This document shows positions 9,469 through 16,543 of a stretch of DNA of 64,000 nt, in pieces. The stretch lies in NCBI GenBank assembly GCA_038322875.1, contig JBBQGI010000003.1, forward strand, positions 820 through 64,819. The letters are read 5' to 3'. Both the position numbers and the translations under genes were made by a program. The stretch comes from Candidatus Limnocylindria bacterium (lineage in GTDB: Bacteria; Chloroflexota; Limnocylindria; QHBO01). Every line of letters begins with the position of its first letter. Positions within the stretch are counted from its first letter, which is position 1. Below the pieces are notes generated by a model. That model was given only the letters and a program-made list of their open reading frames with translations, made no database searches and was not told where the DNA came from.

Positions 9469-10242
9469 TCAGGCCGAGACGACGCGGAGGGCGGGAAGCT
9501 CCTCGTGCTCCACCGCCTCGCGCGGGGAGGCAGCGGAGCGCAGGAGCGGATCGATCCGGCGCCCCTCACCGAACCACAGGTCCAGCTCGGCGCGGCCGCC
9601 GGCGAGCGCCCAGCGGTGGCGCGTGACGGTCGCCTCCACCCGCTGCCCGACCAGGTCCTGCCCGACCGCCAGCCAGGCGCGCCGCCCCAGCGCCACTCGA
9701 ACCCCGGCCACTCGACCCGCAGCCTCGCGGCCACGCGGCCCGGCGAGCAGCAGGCCCGTGCCGCCGGCGCGCAGCAGCAGGTCGGCCAGGCGGTCGAGGC
9801 CGCGCGGCGGCGGGCCATCGGCCAGGTCGAGGACGAGGAGATCGATCAGGCGGCTGCGGGCCAGCCAGCCGGCCAGCTCCACCGCCTCGGCGGGATCGGC
9901 GGGGCGGACGACCAGCAGCCACTCCAGCGCGACGCCCAGCCGGGCAGCGGTCGCCGGGTCGAAACGGCCAGAGGGATCGAGCCAGGCGACCAGCCCACCG
10001 GCGGCCTGGCAGGCGGCCAGCGATCCGAGCGCCAGGCTGGTGGCGCCGCCACCGGTCGGAGCATCGAGCAGGGCCAGGGCGCCGCGCGGCCAGCCGCCGC
10101 TGCGCAGCGCCGCGTCGAGCCCAGGCTGACCCGTGGGAAGGGGATTGGCTACGACCATCGGTCCGGGGTCCGCACCCTGCCGCAGCCCATGACCGCGGAG
10201 CGCTTCGAGGAGCTCGGAGAGTGGCTGGACGGCATCGGTCAT
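9469..10242 (-). CDS. imuA: ImuA' (RecA/SulA-like cell division inhibitor family) mutasome protein
   Basis: 257 aa; RecA-fold P-loop-like region (LPTGQPGLDAALRSGGWPRGALALL); position first after a LexA box and before imuB. Confidence 0.75.
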   Translation of the reverse strand: MTDAVQPLSELLEALRGHGLRQGADPGPMVVANPLPTGQPGLDAALRSGGWPRGALALLDAPTGGGATSLALGSLAACQAAGGLVAWLDPSGRFDPATAARLGVALEWLLVVRPADPAEAVELAGWLARSRLIDLLVLDLADGPPPRGLDRLADLLLRAGGTGLLLAGPRGREAAGRVAGVRVALGRRAWLAVGQDLVGQRVEATVTRHRWALAGGRAELDLWFGEGRRIDPLLRSAASPREAVEHEELPALRVVSA

Positions 10243-10256
10243 GGCCCAACCGATGA

Positions 10257-10273
10257 TAGAACAGATGTTCTAG
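10257..10273. promoter_or_regulatory. LexA (SOS) box TAGAACAGATGTTCTAG
   Basis: Perfect GAAC-N4-GTTC palindrome (Cheo/Gram-positive-type LexA operator) 14 nt upstream of the imuA' ATG; it also abuts the -35 of the divergent tRNA-Ala promoter. Confidence 0.7.
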
Positions 10274-10274
10274 T

Positions 10275-10305
10275 TTGGGAAGCCCCCAAACCCCGCTGAT
10301 ATACT
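10275..10305 (+). promoter_or_regulatory. putative tRNA-Ala promoter (TTGGGA -35 / TGATATACT extended -10)
   Basis: TTGGGA at 10275-10280 and TGnTATACT at 10297-10305; 12 nt before the tRNA 5' end. Confidence 0.4.
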
Positions 10306-10317
10306 GCCCCCGCCCGT

Positions 10318-10393
10318 GGGGATGTAGCTCAGTTGGGAGAGCACTGCGTTCGCATCGCAGGGGTCAGGGGTTCGAGTCCCCTCATCTCCACCA
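10318..10393 (+). tRNA. tRNA-Ala (anticodon CGC)
   Basis: 76-nt cloverleaf folded by hand: acceptor GGGGATG/CATCTCC with the G3:U70 Ala identity pair, D arm GCTC/GAGC, anticodon stem CTGCG/CGCAG with loop TTCGCAT, T arm GGGG-TTCGAGT-CCCC, encoded CCA. Confidence 0.95.
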
Positions 10394-10480
10394 CATCATC
10401 CATATCGCCCCTGCCACACCCGTGCAGCTCGGACAGGGCTACCTGCTTGGGCGTCCCGCCCCGATCGACGAGGCCCAGGG

Positions 10481-11260
10481 TCAGTTCAACGGCAGGTTGA
10501 ACTCTCCCTCCGTCACCTCTGCCGACGGCGGCGCGCTGAGCCCGACTGCCACGTCGAAGTTGCTGAAGCTCAGCGTGGCGCTGAAGGTGCCAACCGTGTC
10601 GCTTGAGACATCGGTCGACAGCTCGGTGAGCCACAGACCCTCGCGGTCGAAGAGCAGATTGAGGACCAGGGCGTCCCCGAAGATCGATCCCGGGTCCATG
10701 GAGGCCACCGCGCCGGCGTCCTTCATCAGGGCCGGCGGGACCGAGACGCTGACCTGGTAGCACTGCCGATCGCCACAGGCGACATCGGCGAGCTTGGTGG
10801 TGACCACGCCGTCCTTGAGGAGGAAGTCGCCGACCTTACCGACGATCGATGCCGGATCGAAGGACTCGACCGGCGAAGCGCTGCCACTGACGACGCTCGT
10901 CTGGTGCGACCACTTGTCGCCGGTCAGGCTCGTCTTGACGTAGAGGTCCTGCCCGATCACGACCACGTCACCCGACAATCCCAGGAGGGCTGGAACGCCG
11001 AAGGTGAGATGGACGTTCTTGCCCGGGATGTCGACATCGGCCTCCAGCGTGGTCCCGTCGAGCTTGACGTTGCCGCCAGTGGAACCAGGCATCGAGAAGG
11101 AGCCGTCGACTGCCAGCGACATGTGGAAGCTCTTCAGCTTGGCGGTCGCTTCGAGGCCCTGGGTGATGATGTCGGTGGGGCTCGTCAGCGCCGGCGTTGA
11201 CTGGCAGGCAGCCAGCACGGCAAGCATGACCACCATGACCGGTGCGAGTCTGCGGAGCAC
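10481..11260 (-). CDS. secreted lipoprotein (LppX/LprAFG-like size and topology; family uncertain)
   Basis: Signal peptide with lipobox (MLRRLAPVMVVMLAVLAAC|Q) when started at the GTG at 11260, which has an AGGGAGAGG SD 6 nt upstream; about 260 aa; the track ORF extends to 11353. Confidence 0.55.
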   Translation of the reverse strand: MLRRLAPVMVVMLAVLAACQSTPALTSPTDIITQGLEATAKLKSFHMSLAVDGSFSMPGSTGGNVKLDGTTLEADVDIPGKNVHLTFGVPALLGLSGDVVVIGQDLYVKTSLTGDKWSHQTSVVSGSASPVESFDPASIVGKVGDFLLKDGVVTTKLADVACGDRQCYQVSVSVPPALMKDAGAVASMDPGSIFGDALVLNLLFDREGLWLTELSTDVSSDTVGTFSATLSFSNFDVAVGLSAPPSAEVTEGEFNLPLN

Positions 11261-11378
11261 GTGCGGCCTCTCCCTTGCGTTGGATTTCCAGTGCAGGATA
11301 CCCGTTCGAGCCTCAACCCCACCTAGACCGATGGTCCTGGCCCACTCGCCCACTCGGCTGGTCGACTACCGTAGGCCG

Positions 11379-11816
11379 ATGCGCCGCGTCGAACGTACCG
11401 CTCTCATCCCCGCCTCCCCGGCGGCGGTCTATGGGTTCCTGTCTGACCCGACCAACTTGCCGAACTGGCAGGCAGGCGTCATCTCCTCGATCCGCACCTC
11501 TCCCGCACCGACGGTGACCGGCTCGACCGGCCGCGTCGTGCTCGAGGTGATGGGCAATCGCATCACGGCCGACACCACGGTCCGCGAGGCCGTGCCCGAT
11601 CGGCGGCTCGTGCTGGCGACCAGTGTGAGCGGCATGTCGGTGGTCGGCTCGCTGGACCTCGTAGAAGCGGAGGGCGGCACGCAGGTCACGTTCGCCTCGG
11701 AGATCAAGGCTGAGAACATCTTCATGGCCCCGCTCGAGCGCATGGTCACCGACGCCGCCGAGCGCGACCTGGATACCAGCCTGGCGCGGCTGAAGGAAGC
11801 CATCGCCGCACTGTGA
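11379..11816 (+). CDS. SRPBCC (START/polyketide cyclase-dehydrase-like) family protein
   Basis: 145 aa; FLSDPTNLPNWQAGV... pattern typical of SRPBCC ligand-binding proteins; in-frame ATG at 11379 within the longer track ORF. Confidence 0.65.
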   Translation: MRRVERTALIPASPAAVYGFLSDPTNLPNWQAGVISSIRTSPAPTVTGSTGRVVLEVMGNRITADTTVREAVPDRRLVLATSVSGMSVVGSLDLVEAEGGTQVTFASEIKAENIFMAPLERMVTDAAERDLDTSLARLKEAIAAL

Positions 11817-12787
11817 AGGCGTTCGTCACCGGTGGTGGCGGCTTCATCGGCGGGGAGGTGATTCGACGGCTCCGTGGCCGCGACGACGAGGTGGTCGCGG
11901 TCGTCCGCGACGCCGGCAATGCCGATCGGCTGACCGAGCTCGGGTGCAAAGTCGTCGAGGGCGACCTGGCGGCCATGCCGACAGGAGCTCTCGTAGACGC
12001 GATGCGCGGGTGCGATGCCGTTTTCCACGTGGCGGGCTCCTATCGCATCGGGATTCGCGCCAGGGAGCACGCCGCCATGTACACGGCCAACGTGGTCGCC
12101 ACGGAGCGCGTCCTGGATGCCGCCACCGCGGCCGGCATCGCGCGCGCCGTCCACGTCTCGACCGTGAACACCTATGGCGATACGCATCGGCGCATCGTGG
12201 ACGAGACGTACCGGCGGCCGCAGCCGCCACGCTTCCTCTCGTACTACGACGAAACGAAGTACCTCTCCCACCTGGCGGCCGAGGAGCGGATGGCGGCCGG
12301 CGCCCCGATCTCGATCGCGCTGCCGGGCCAGGTCTACGGCCCGCACGATCCGTCGCAGTTCGGCGCCACCCTCTTTCAGGCCATGGCGGGCACGCTGCCG
12401 GCTGTCACCTTTCCAGCCCTCGGCCTGAACATGGTCCATGTCGAGGACCTGGCGGGCGGCATCCTCCTCGTGCACGATCGCGGAACGGCCGGTGAGGAGT
12501 ACGTCCTCGGCGGCGAGATCGTCACCGTCCGAGAGGTGGTGCGGCAGGCCGCGGCGGCTGCCGGCAAGAAGGCTCCGTGGCTCACCATGCCGACCCTGCT
12601 GCTGCACATCCTGTCGCCGTTTGGCGGGCTCATCGGTCCCGCGCTAGGGGTGGCTCCGAACCTGGGCGAGGTGATTCGTGCGGCAGAGGGGGTCACCTAC
12701 TGGGCAACCGATGCCAAGGCTCGGACGGAGCTCGGCTACGCCCCTCGGGATCTCGAATCAGGACTGCGGAGTTTGCGCCCAGCTTGA
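11813..12787 (+). CDS. NAD-dependent epimerase/dehydratase (extended SDR) family protein
   Basis: TGGGGFIGGEVIRRL Rossmann motif; YxxxK region; GTGA overlap with the upstream gene. Confidence 0.85.
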   Translation: MKAFVTGGGGFIGGEVIRRLRGRDDEVVAVVRDAGNADRLTELGCKVVEGDLAAMPTGALVDAMRGCDAVFHVAGSYRIGIRAREHAAMYTANVVATERVLDAATAAGIARAVHVSTVNTYGDTHRRIVDETYRRPQPPRFLSYYDETKYLSHLAAEERMAAGAPISIALPGQVYGPHDPSQFGATLFQAMAGTLPAVTFPALGLNMVHVEDLAGGILLVHDRGTAGEEYVLGGEIVTVREVVRQAAAAAGKKAPWLTMPTLLLHILSPFGGLIGPALGVAPNLGEVIRAAEGVTYWATDAKARTELGYAPRDLESGLRSLRPA

Positions 12788-12806
12788 GGGCAGCATCGGG
12801 TTGAGA

Positions 12807-13862
12807 TCAGGGAAGCGCCAAAGGGGCGTCGTAGCCGAAGAACGCGGGCGATCCTGGGTCGCCTGAACAGCCGGCGACCGGGACGGGAGCGAGCGCGAAC
12901 ACCGGGACCCGATCCAGCCCGATCAACAGATCGATTGAAAGAGGTTCACTCGGCGGCGCCCCGCACCAGTTGGCGAAGCCGAGGGAAGTCCATGCCGCCC
13001 CGATTCCGGGTAGGTCTAGCGAATCGGCGCGGGCCGACGCCTCGGACTGCCCGACCACGCGGCCGGCACCGTCGCGAAGCTCCGCGACGGGTGAGGTGGG
13101 CAACCGGCAGTCCGGGGCGACAGCGCTTCCGTAGTTGAGGACAACCACAGTTGCCCAGTTCGTCCCGGCGGCAACGCCCCACTCCCCGATGAATGCGGTC
13201 AATTGGTCCGCGCGACAGTCTTCGATCGGCCCGCCGACGACGGCCAGTCCCGAGGGAAGGAATGCGGAGGCGCTGGCGCCCGACGGTGCCTCCGGGGCGT
13301 TACAGCGCGGCAGAGAGACGGCATTGTCCGCGCCGGGCGTGCCGATTGACGCAGCCAGCGCGCCGCCTTCCTGGGGCAGCGCCAGCCGCATGCCGAGCGG
13401 CAGGCTCGGTGGAGACGAGCACCAATTGGTCCAGATCACCGTGGCGAAGGCAACTTCGCCGACGGGCAGCGGCACATTGTCGCCGGGCGACTCGCCGGAG
13501 ACGGCACCGGCGATGATGGCCCCGGCCGCATCCAGCAATTCAACCTTTGGCGCACCCTGCAGGTCACATCGGGCATTCGAGACATTCACGACCACCGCTG
13601 CTGCCACCAGGGAGCCGGTCGCCCCATCCCAGCCTGCTGCGACCAGCCCCAGCTGGTCGGCCCGGCAGCGCGGGGTGGCAGCGGTTCCCTGCGTTTCATC
13701 GGGTCTCGGTGACGCCGCAGCTGTGACGGATGGTGATGCAGCGGGCGTGGGCGAACGCATGCTCTCGTCGCTGGGGCGAAATGGACCAAGGAAGAGTCCG
13801 ATTGCCAGCACGCCGATGGCGGCTATGCCCAGGATCGCCATTGAACCCCGGCTGAACTGCAT
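12807..13862 (-). CDS. membrane-anchored protein with two tandem DUF4232 domains
   Basis: Start at the ATG with a GGGAGGAG SD (MQFSRGSMAILGIAAIGVLAIGLFL TM anchor); S/P/A-rich linker; two repeats of C..ADQL....G..GATGS......N.S...C.L.G.P.V.L.D..G motifs. Confidence 0.7.
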   Translation of the reverse strand: MQFSRGSMAILGIAAIGVLAIGLFLGPFRPSDESMRSPTPAASPSVTAAASPRPDETQGTAATPRCRADQLGLVAAGWDGATGSLVAAAVVVNVSNARCDLQGAPKVELLDAAGAIIAGAVSGESPGDNVPLPVGEVAFATVIWTNWCSSPPSLPLGMRLALPQEGGALAASIGTPGADNAVSLPRCNAPEAPSGASASAFLPSGLAVVGGPIEDCRADQLTAFIGEWGVAAGTNWATVVVLNYGSAVAPDCRLPTSPVAELRDGAGRVVGQSEASARADSLDLPGIGAAWTSLGFANWCGAPPSEPLSIDLLIGLDRVPVFALAPVPVAGCSGDPGSPAFFGYDAPLALP

Positions 13863-14013
13863 CGCGCTCCTCCCGAGAAAGGACATTACGCCTTCGGCGC
13901 TCGGAGGTACATTACCGGGATGGACGGTCAATCTCGATTGAGGCACCCCGGAGTATTCTCCCGGCATTAAGGGGAGCAAGACGAGTCTCCTGACGGCGCT
14001 GGCCGCAGCAGCG

Positions 14014-14475
14014 GTGGTCTCGGCCTGCCTCGGACCCCAGGCCGCGCGGCCTGCCCAATCCACCATTGTCGCCGTTGGCCTCATCGCCGAACAGCGCTTC
14101 GAGAGCGCCGGTCTGACGTTCACCCTTGAGGGCGGCAAGACATGGGAGGCCGCGACCGGCACGTACCGCTGGATCACGAATTGGGGCACAAAGCTCCTGG
14201 TCGCCGGCACCGATGCGAGCGGAATCTGGCTCGCCACCTTCGGTCCTCAGCAAGGCCTGCCGGCGAACTGCTACTTCTCGCCGGAGGTTGGTACGGAGTG
14301 GGGCGACGGGATCGCGATCAAAGGAGTCCTCTGGCCCAAGGCGCCTTCGTTCGTGGCTGACACGACGCCATCCGTGGGAAGCGACTACCCGGGTGGCACC
14401 AGGTTCTGCCTGAACTCAGCCGGACAGATCGCCTCGATCATCCCCAACACGTACCGACCCAGTCCGACAGAGTGA
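14014..14475 (+). CDS. putative lipoprotein (start codon uncertain)
   Basis: The track ORF starts at GTG 14014 (MVSACLG...), but the upstream in-frame sequence encodes a lipobox signal (KTSLLTALAAAAVVSAC) with an AAGGGGAG SD and no canonical start codon. Confidence 0.45.
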   Translation: MVSACLGPQAARPAQSTIVAVGLIAEQRFESAGLTFTLEGGKTWEAATGTYRWITNWGTKLLVAGTDASGIWLATFGPQQGLPANCYFSPEVGTEWGDGIAIKGVLWPKAPSFVADTTPSVGSDYPGGTRFCLNSAGQIASIIPNTYRPSPTE

Positions 14476-14828
14476 TGTCCGTCGCGAGATCCGCAGCGCT
14501 CATCGCGACGTTCGCGCTCGTCGCAGGCTGTTCGCTGCCTGGCCCAGCCATTCAATGCCCTGATCCCGTGGACCTTTCGCAAGCGGATTGCGATCATGCC
14601 GTCCGGATCGCCACGAGGGCGCTCCCCCTTGAGCAGCGCGACCTGTCTTTCGCGCGGATCGTGGTTTCCGATTTCTGCGCGCATGGCGTGCCGTGCCCAA
14701 GGACGATCGCCAGGATGGCGCTGGTGACCTTCTACCACGATGGCGAGCCACCCTCTCCCGTCAGCGTCACAATCGAACCCTGGCGCGCCCATTTCATCGG
14801 CTCGCCGTCGCCAGCCCCGCTCCAGTAG
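14475..14828 (+). CDS. small lipoprotein
   Basis: SAALIATFALVAGC|S lipobox signal; TGATG overlap with the upstream gene. Confidence 0.55.
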   Translation: MSVARSAALIATFALVAGCSLPGPAIQCPDPVDLSQADCDHAVRIATRALPLEQRDLSFARIVVSDFCAHGVPCPRTIARMALVTFYHDGEPPSPVSVTIEPWRAHFIGSPSPAPLQ

Positions 14829-15017
14829 GCGAATTCGACCCTGCGCTATACTCCCGCCCGAACGCGATGACGCGGGACCAGTAGGCATCCGCCTCGATCC
14901 ACAGCGAGCCGGGATGGTGCAAGCCGGCGATCGAACGGCACCGAACTCGCCCGCCGAGCAGCCGGACACCCGGCCGGGATGGCGTCCGATAGCAGCGCCG
15001 ATGAGTGGACCGATCGT

Positions 15018-15093
15018 GGGGTTGTAGCTCAGCTGGGAGAGCACCTGCATGGCATGCAGGGGGTCGGGGGTTCGAGTCCCCCCAGCTCCACCA
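15018..15093 (+). tRNA. tRNA-Ala (anticodon GGC)
   Basis: 76-nt cloverleaf: GGGGTTG/CAGCTCC acceptor with G3:U70, anticodon stem CCTGC/GCAGG with loop ATGGCAT, T arm GGGGG-TTCGAGT-CCCCC, encoded CCA. Confidence 0.95.
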
Positions 15094-15127
15094 CCCCAAT
15101 CGGTCAAGTCAGAGTGGTACCGCGAAG

Positions 15128-15164
15128 GCCCCCCTTCGTCCTGACGAGGCGGGGGCTTTGTGTT
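15128..15164 (+). terminator. putative intrinsic terminator after tRNA-Ala(GGC)
   Basis: GC-rich imperfect hairpin GGCCCCCCTTCGTC..GACGAGGCGGGGGC followed by TTTGTGTT. Confidence 0.4.
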
Positions 15165-15182
15165 GAGGACCACGTGACGAAG

Positions 15183-15734
15183 ATGACGACGAACAATCCG
15201 GCGCGGACGGCCAGCGATGGCCGCCCCTGGACGCTGCGCGCCGCTCGCCCCACCGACGCGCGTGCGCTGGCGGCGCTCTTCGCCGATGTGCGGCGCGAGG
15301 GCCGCTGGCTGGTGACCCCGGCCTCTGCCGTCAGCCAGCCATCCGAGGCCTTCTACATCGGCGAGATGATTCGTGACTCGGGCAGCCTGGCGCTGGTAGC
15401 CGAGGCCGACGGCGACGTCGTGGGCAATGTCCTGATCAGCACGGAGCGCAGCGTGGTGAGCGACCACGTCGGCACCCTCTCGATCTGCGTGGCCGATGGG
15501 TGGCGCGAGGTCGGGATCGGCTCTGCGCTGGTCAAGGCCGCCCAGGAGTGGTCGCGTGAGCGGGGCCTGGCCAAGGTGGCCCTGGGCGTCTTCCCGGACA
15601 ACGACCGGGCGATCGCGGTGTACGAGCATGCGGGCTTCGTGCGTGAAGGGCTGCGCATTCGCCAGTACCGCGTGCCCGGCGGCGGGTTCCGCGACGAGCT
15701 GCTGATGGCGTGGTTCCCCGAGGTGACGCCATGA
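15183..15734 (+). CDS. GNAT family N-acetyltransferase
   Basis: GNAT core (VGNVLIS...VADGWREVGIGSALVKAA...AGFVREG); internal ATG at 15183 within the track ORF 14979..15734, whose 5' part merely reads through the tRNA. Confidence 0.8.
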   Translation: MTTNNPARTASDGRPWTLRAARPTDARALAALFADVRREGRWLVTPASAVSQPSEAFYIGEMIRDSGSLALVAEADGDVVGNVLISTERSVVSDHVGTLSICVADGWREVGIGSALVKAAQEWSRERGLAKVALGVFPDNDRAIAVYEHAGFVREGLRIRQYRVPGGGFRDELLMAWFPEVTP

Positions 15735-16543
15735 GCACCACCGACCCTGCCATGGCGCGCGGCTTCGACGCCTGGGCCGATGAGTACGACCGGTTCCGCC
15801 CGGGATATCCCGACGAGGTATTCGAGACCATCCAGGCGAGGCTGCAGCTCTCGGACAATCCCTCGGTGGTGGACCTGGGAGCCGGCACTGGCCGCGCCAG
15901 CCTGGCGATGGCGGCGCTGGGCTGGCGGGTGACGGCGGTTGAGCCGGGCAGATCGATGCTGGAGCTGTTGCGCGAGACCGCATCCGAGAATGGGCTGTTG
16001 GTGTCGACCATCCAGGCCAATGCCGAGGTCACCGGCCTGGACCCGACATCGGTCGACCTGGTCACCGCCGCCCAGGCGTTCCACTGGTTCGACAAGCAGG
16101 CTGCCATGGAGGAGATCGCTCGCATCCTGAAGCCCGGCGGCGGCCTGGCGCTGATCTGGAATGTCCGTGACGCCGAGCGTTCGCCATTCCTGGCCGCCTA
16201 CGCGGCCCTGCTGAAGGATTCGAGCGAGCGCGCCGACGATTCCGGCATCGGGCGCTATGAGTCAAGAGGCCGAGCCGGGACGCAACGGGCGCTGGAGGAG
16301 GCTCCGGGCTTCGATGCACCCGAGCTGATCGAGCTGCATCAGCACGTGGCCATGACCGCCGAGCAGTTCGTGGGGATGGCATTCACCGCGTCGTACGTGC
16401 GAGTCGGCATGTCGTCCGAGCGGCAGCATCAATTCCGACGCGACCTGGTCGCGCTGCTGGAACGCCACCGGCTGGGGGACGGGAAACCATTTGCCGTCCC
16501 GTATCGGGTCGACCTGTGGATCACACGAAGGAGCGGAGCATGA
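15731..16543 (+). CDS. class I SAM-dependent methyltransferase
   Basis: VVDLGAGTGRASLAMA motif I; ATGA overlap with the upstream GNAT. Confidence 0.85.
   Translation: MSTTDPAMARGFDAWADEYDRFRPGYPDEVFETIQARLQLSDNPSVVDLGAGTGRASLAMAALGWRVTAVEPGRSMLELLRETASENGLLVSTIQANAEVTGLDPTSVDLVTAAQAFHWFDKQAAMEEIARILKPGGGLALIWNVRDAERSPFLAAYAALLKDSSERADDSGIGRYESRGRAGTQRALEEAPGFDAPELIELHQHVAMTAEQFVGMAFTASYVRVGMSSERQHQFRRDLVALLERHRLGDGKPFAVPYRVDLWITRRSGA

Noticed and set aside
9421-10299. 292-aa plus-strand ORF antisense to imuA'
   Set aside because: Gly/Ala/Arg-rich with no motifs. ImuA' on the minus strand has the RecA-like core and the LexA box context.
14385-15983. 532-aa minus-strand ORF spanning tRNA-Ala(GGC) and the GNAT gene
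   Set aside because: It reads through a tRNA gene and is antisense to two well-supported plus-strand CDS. It is a compositional artefact.
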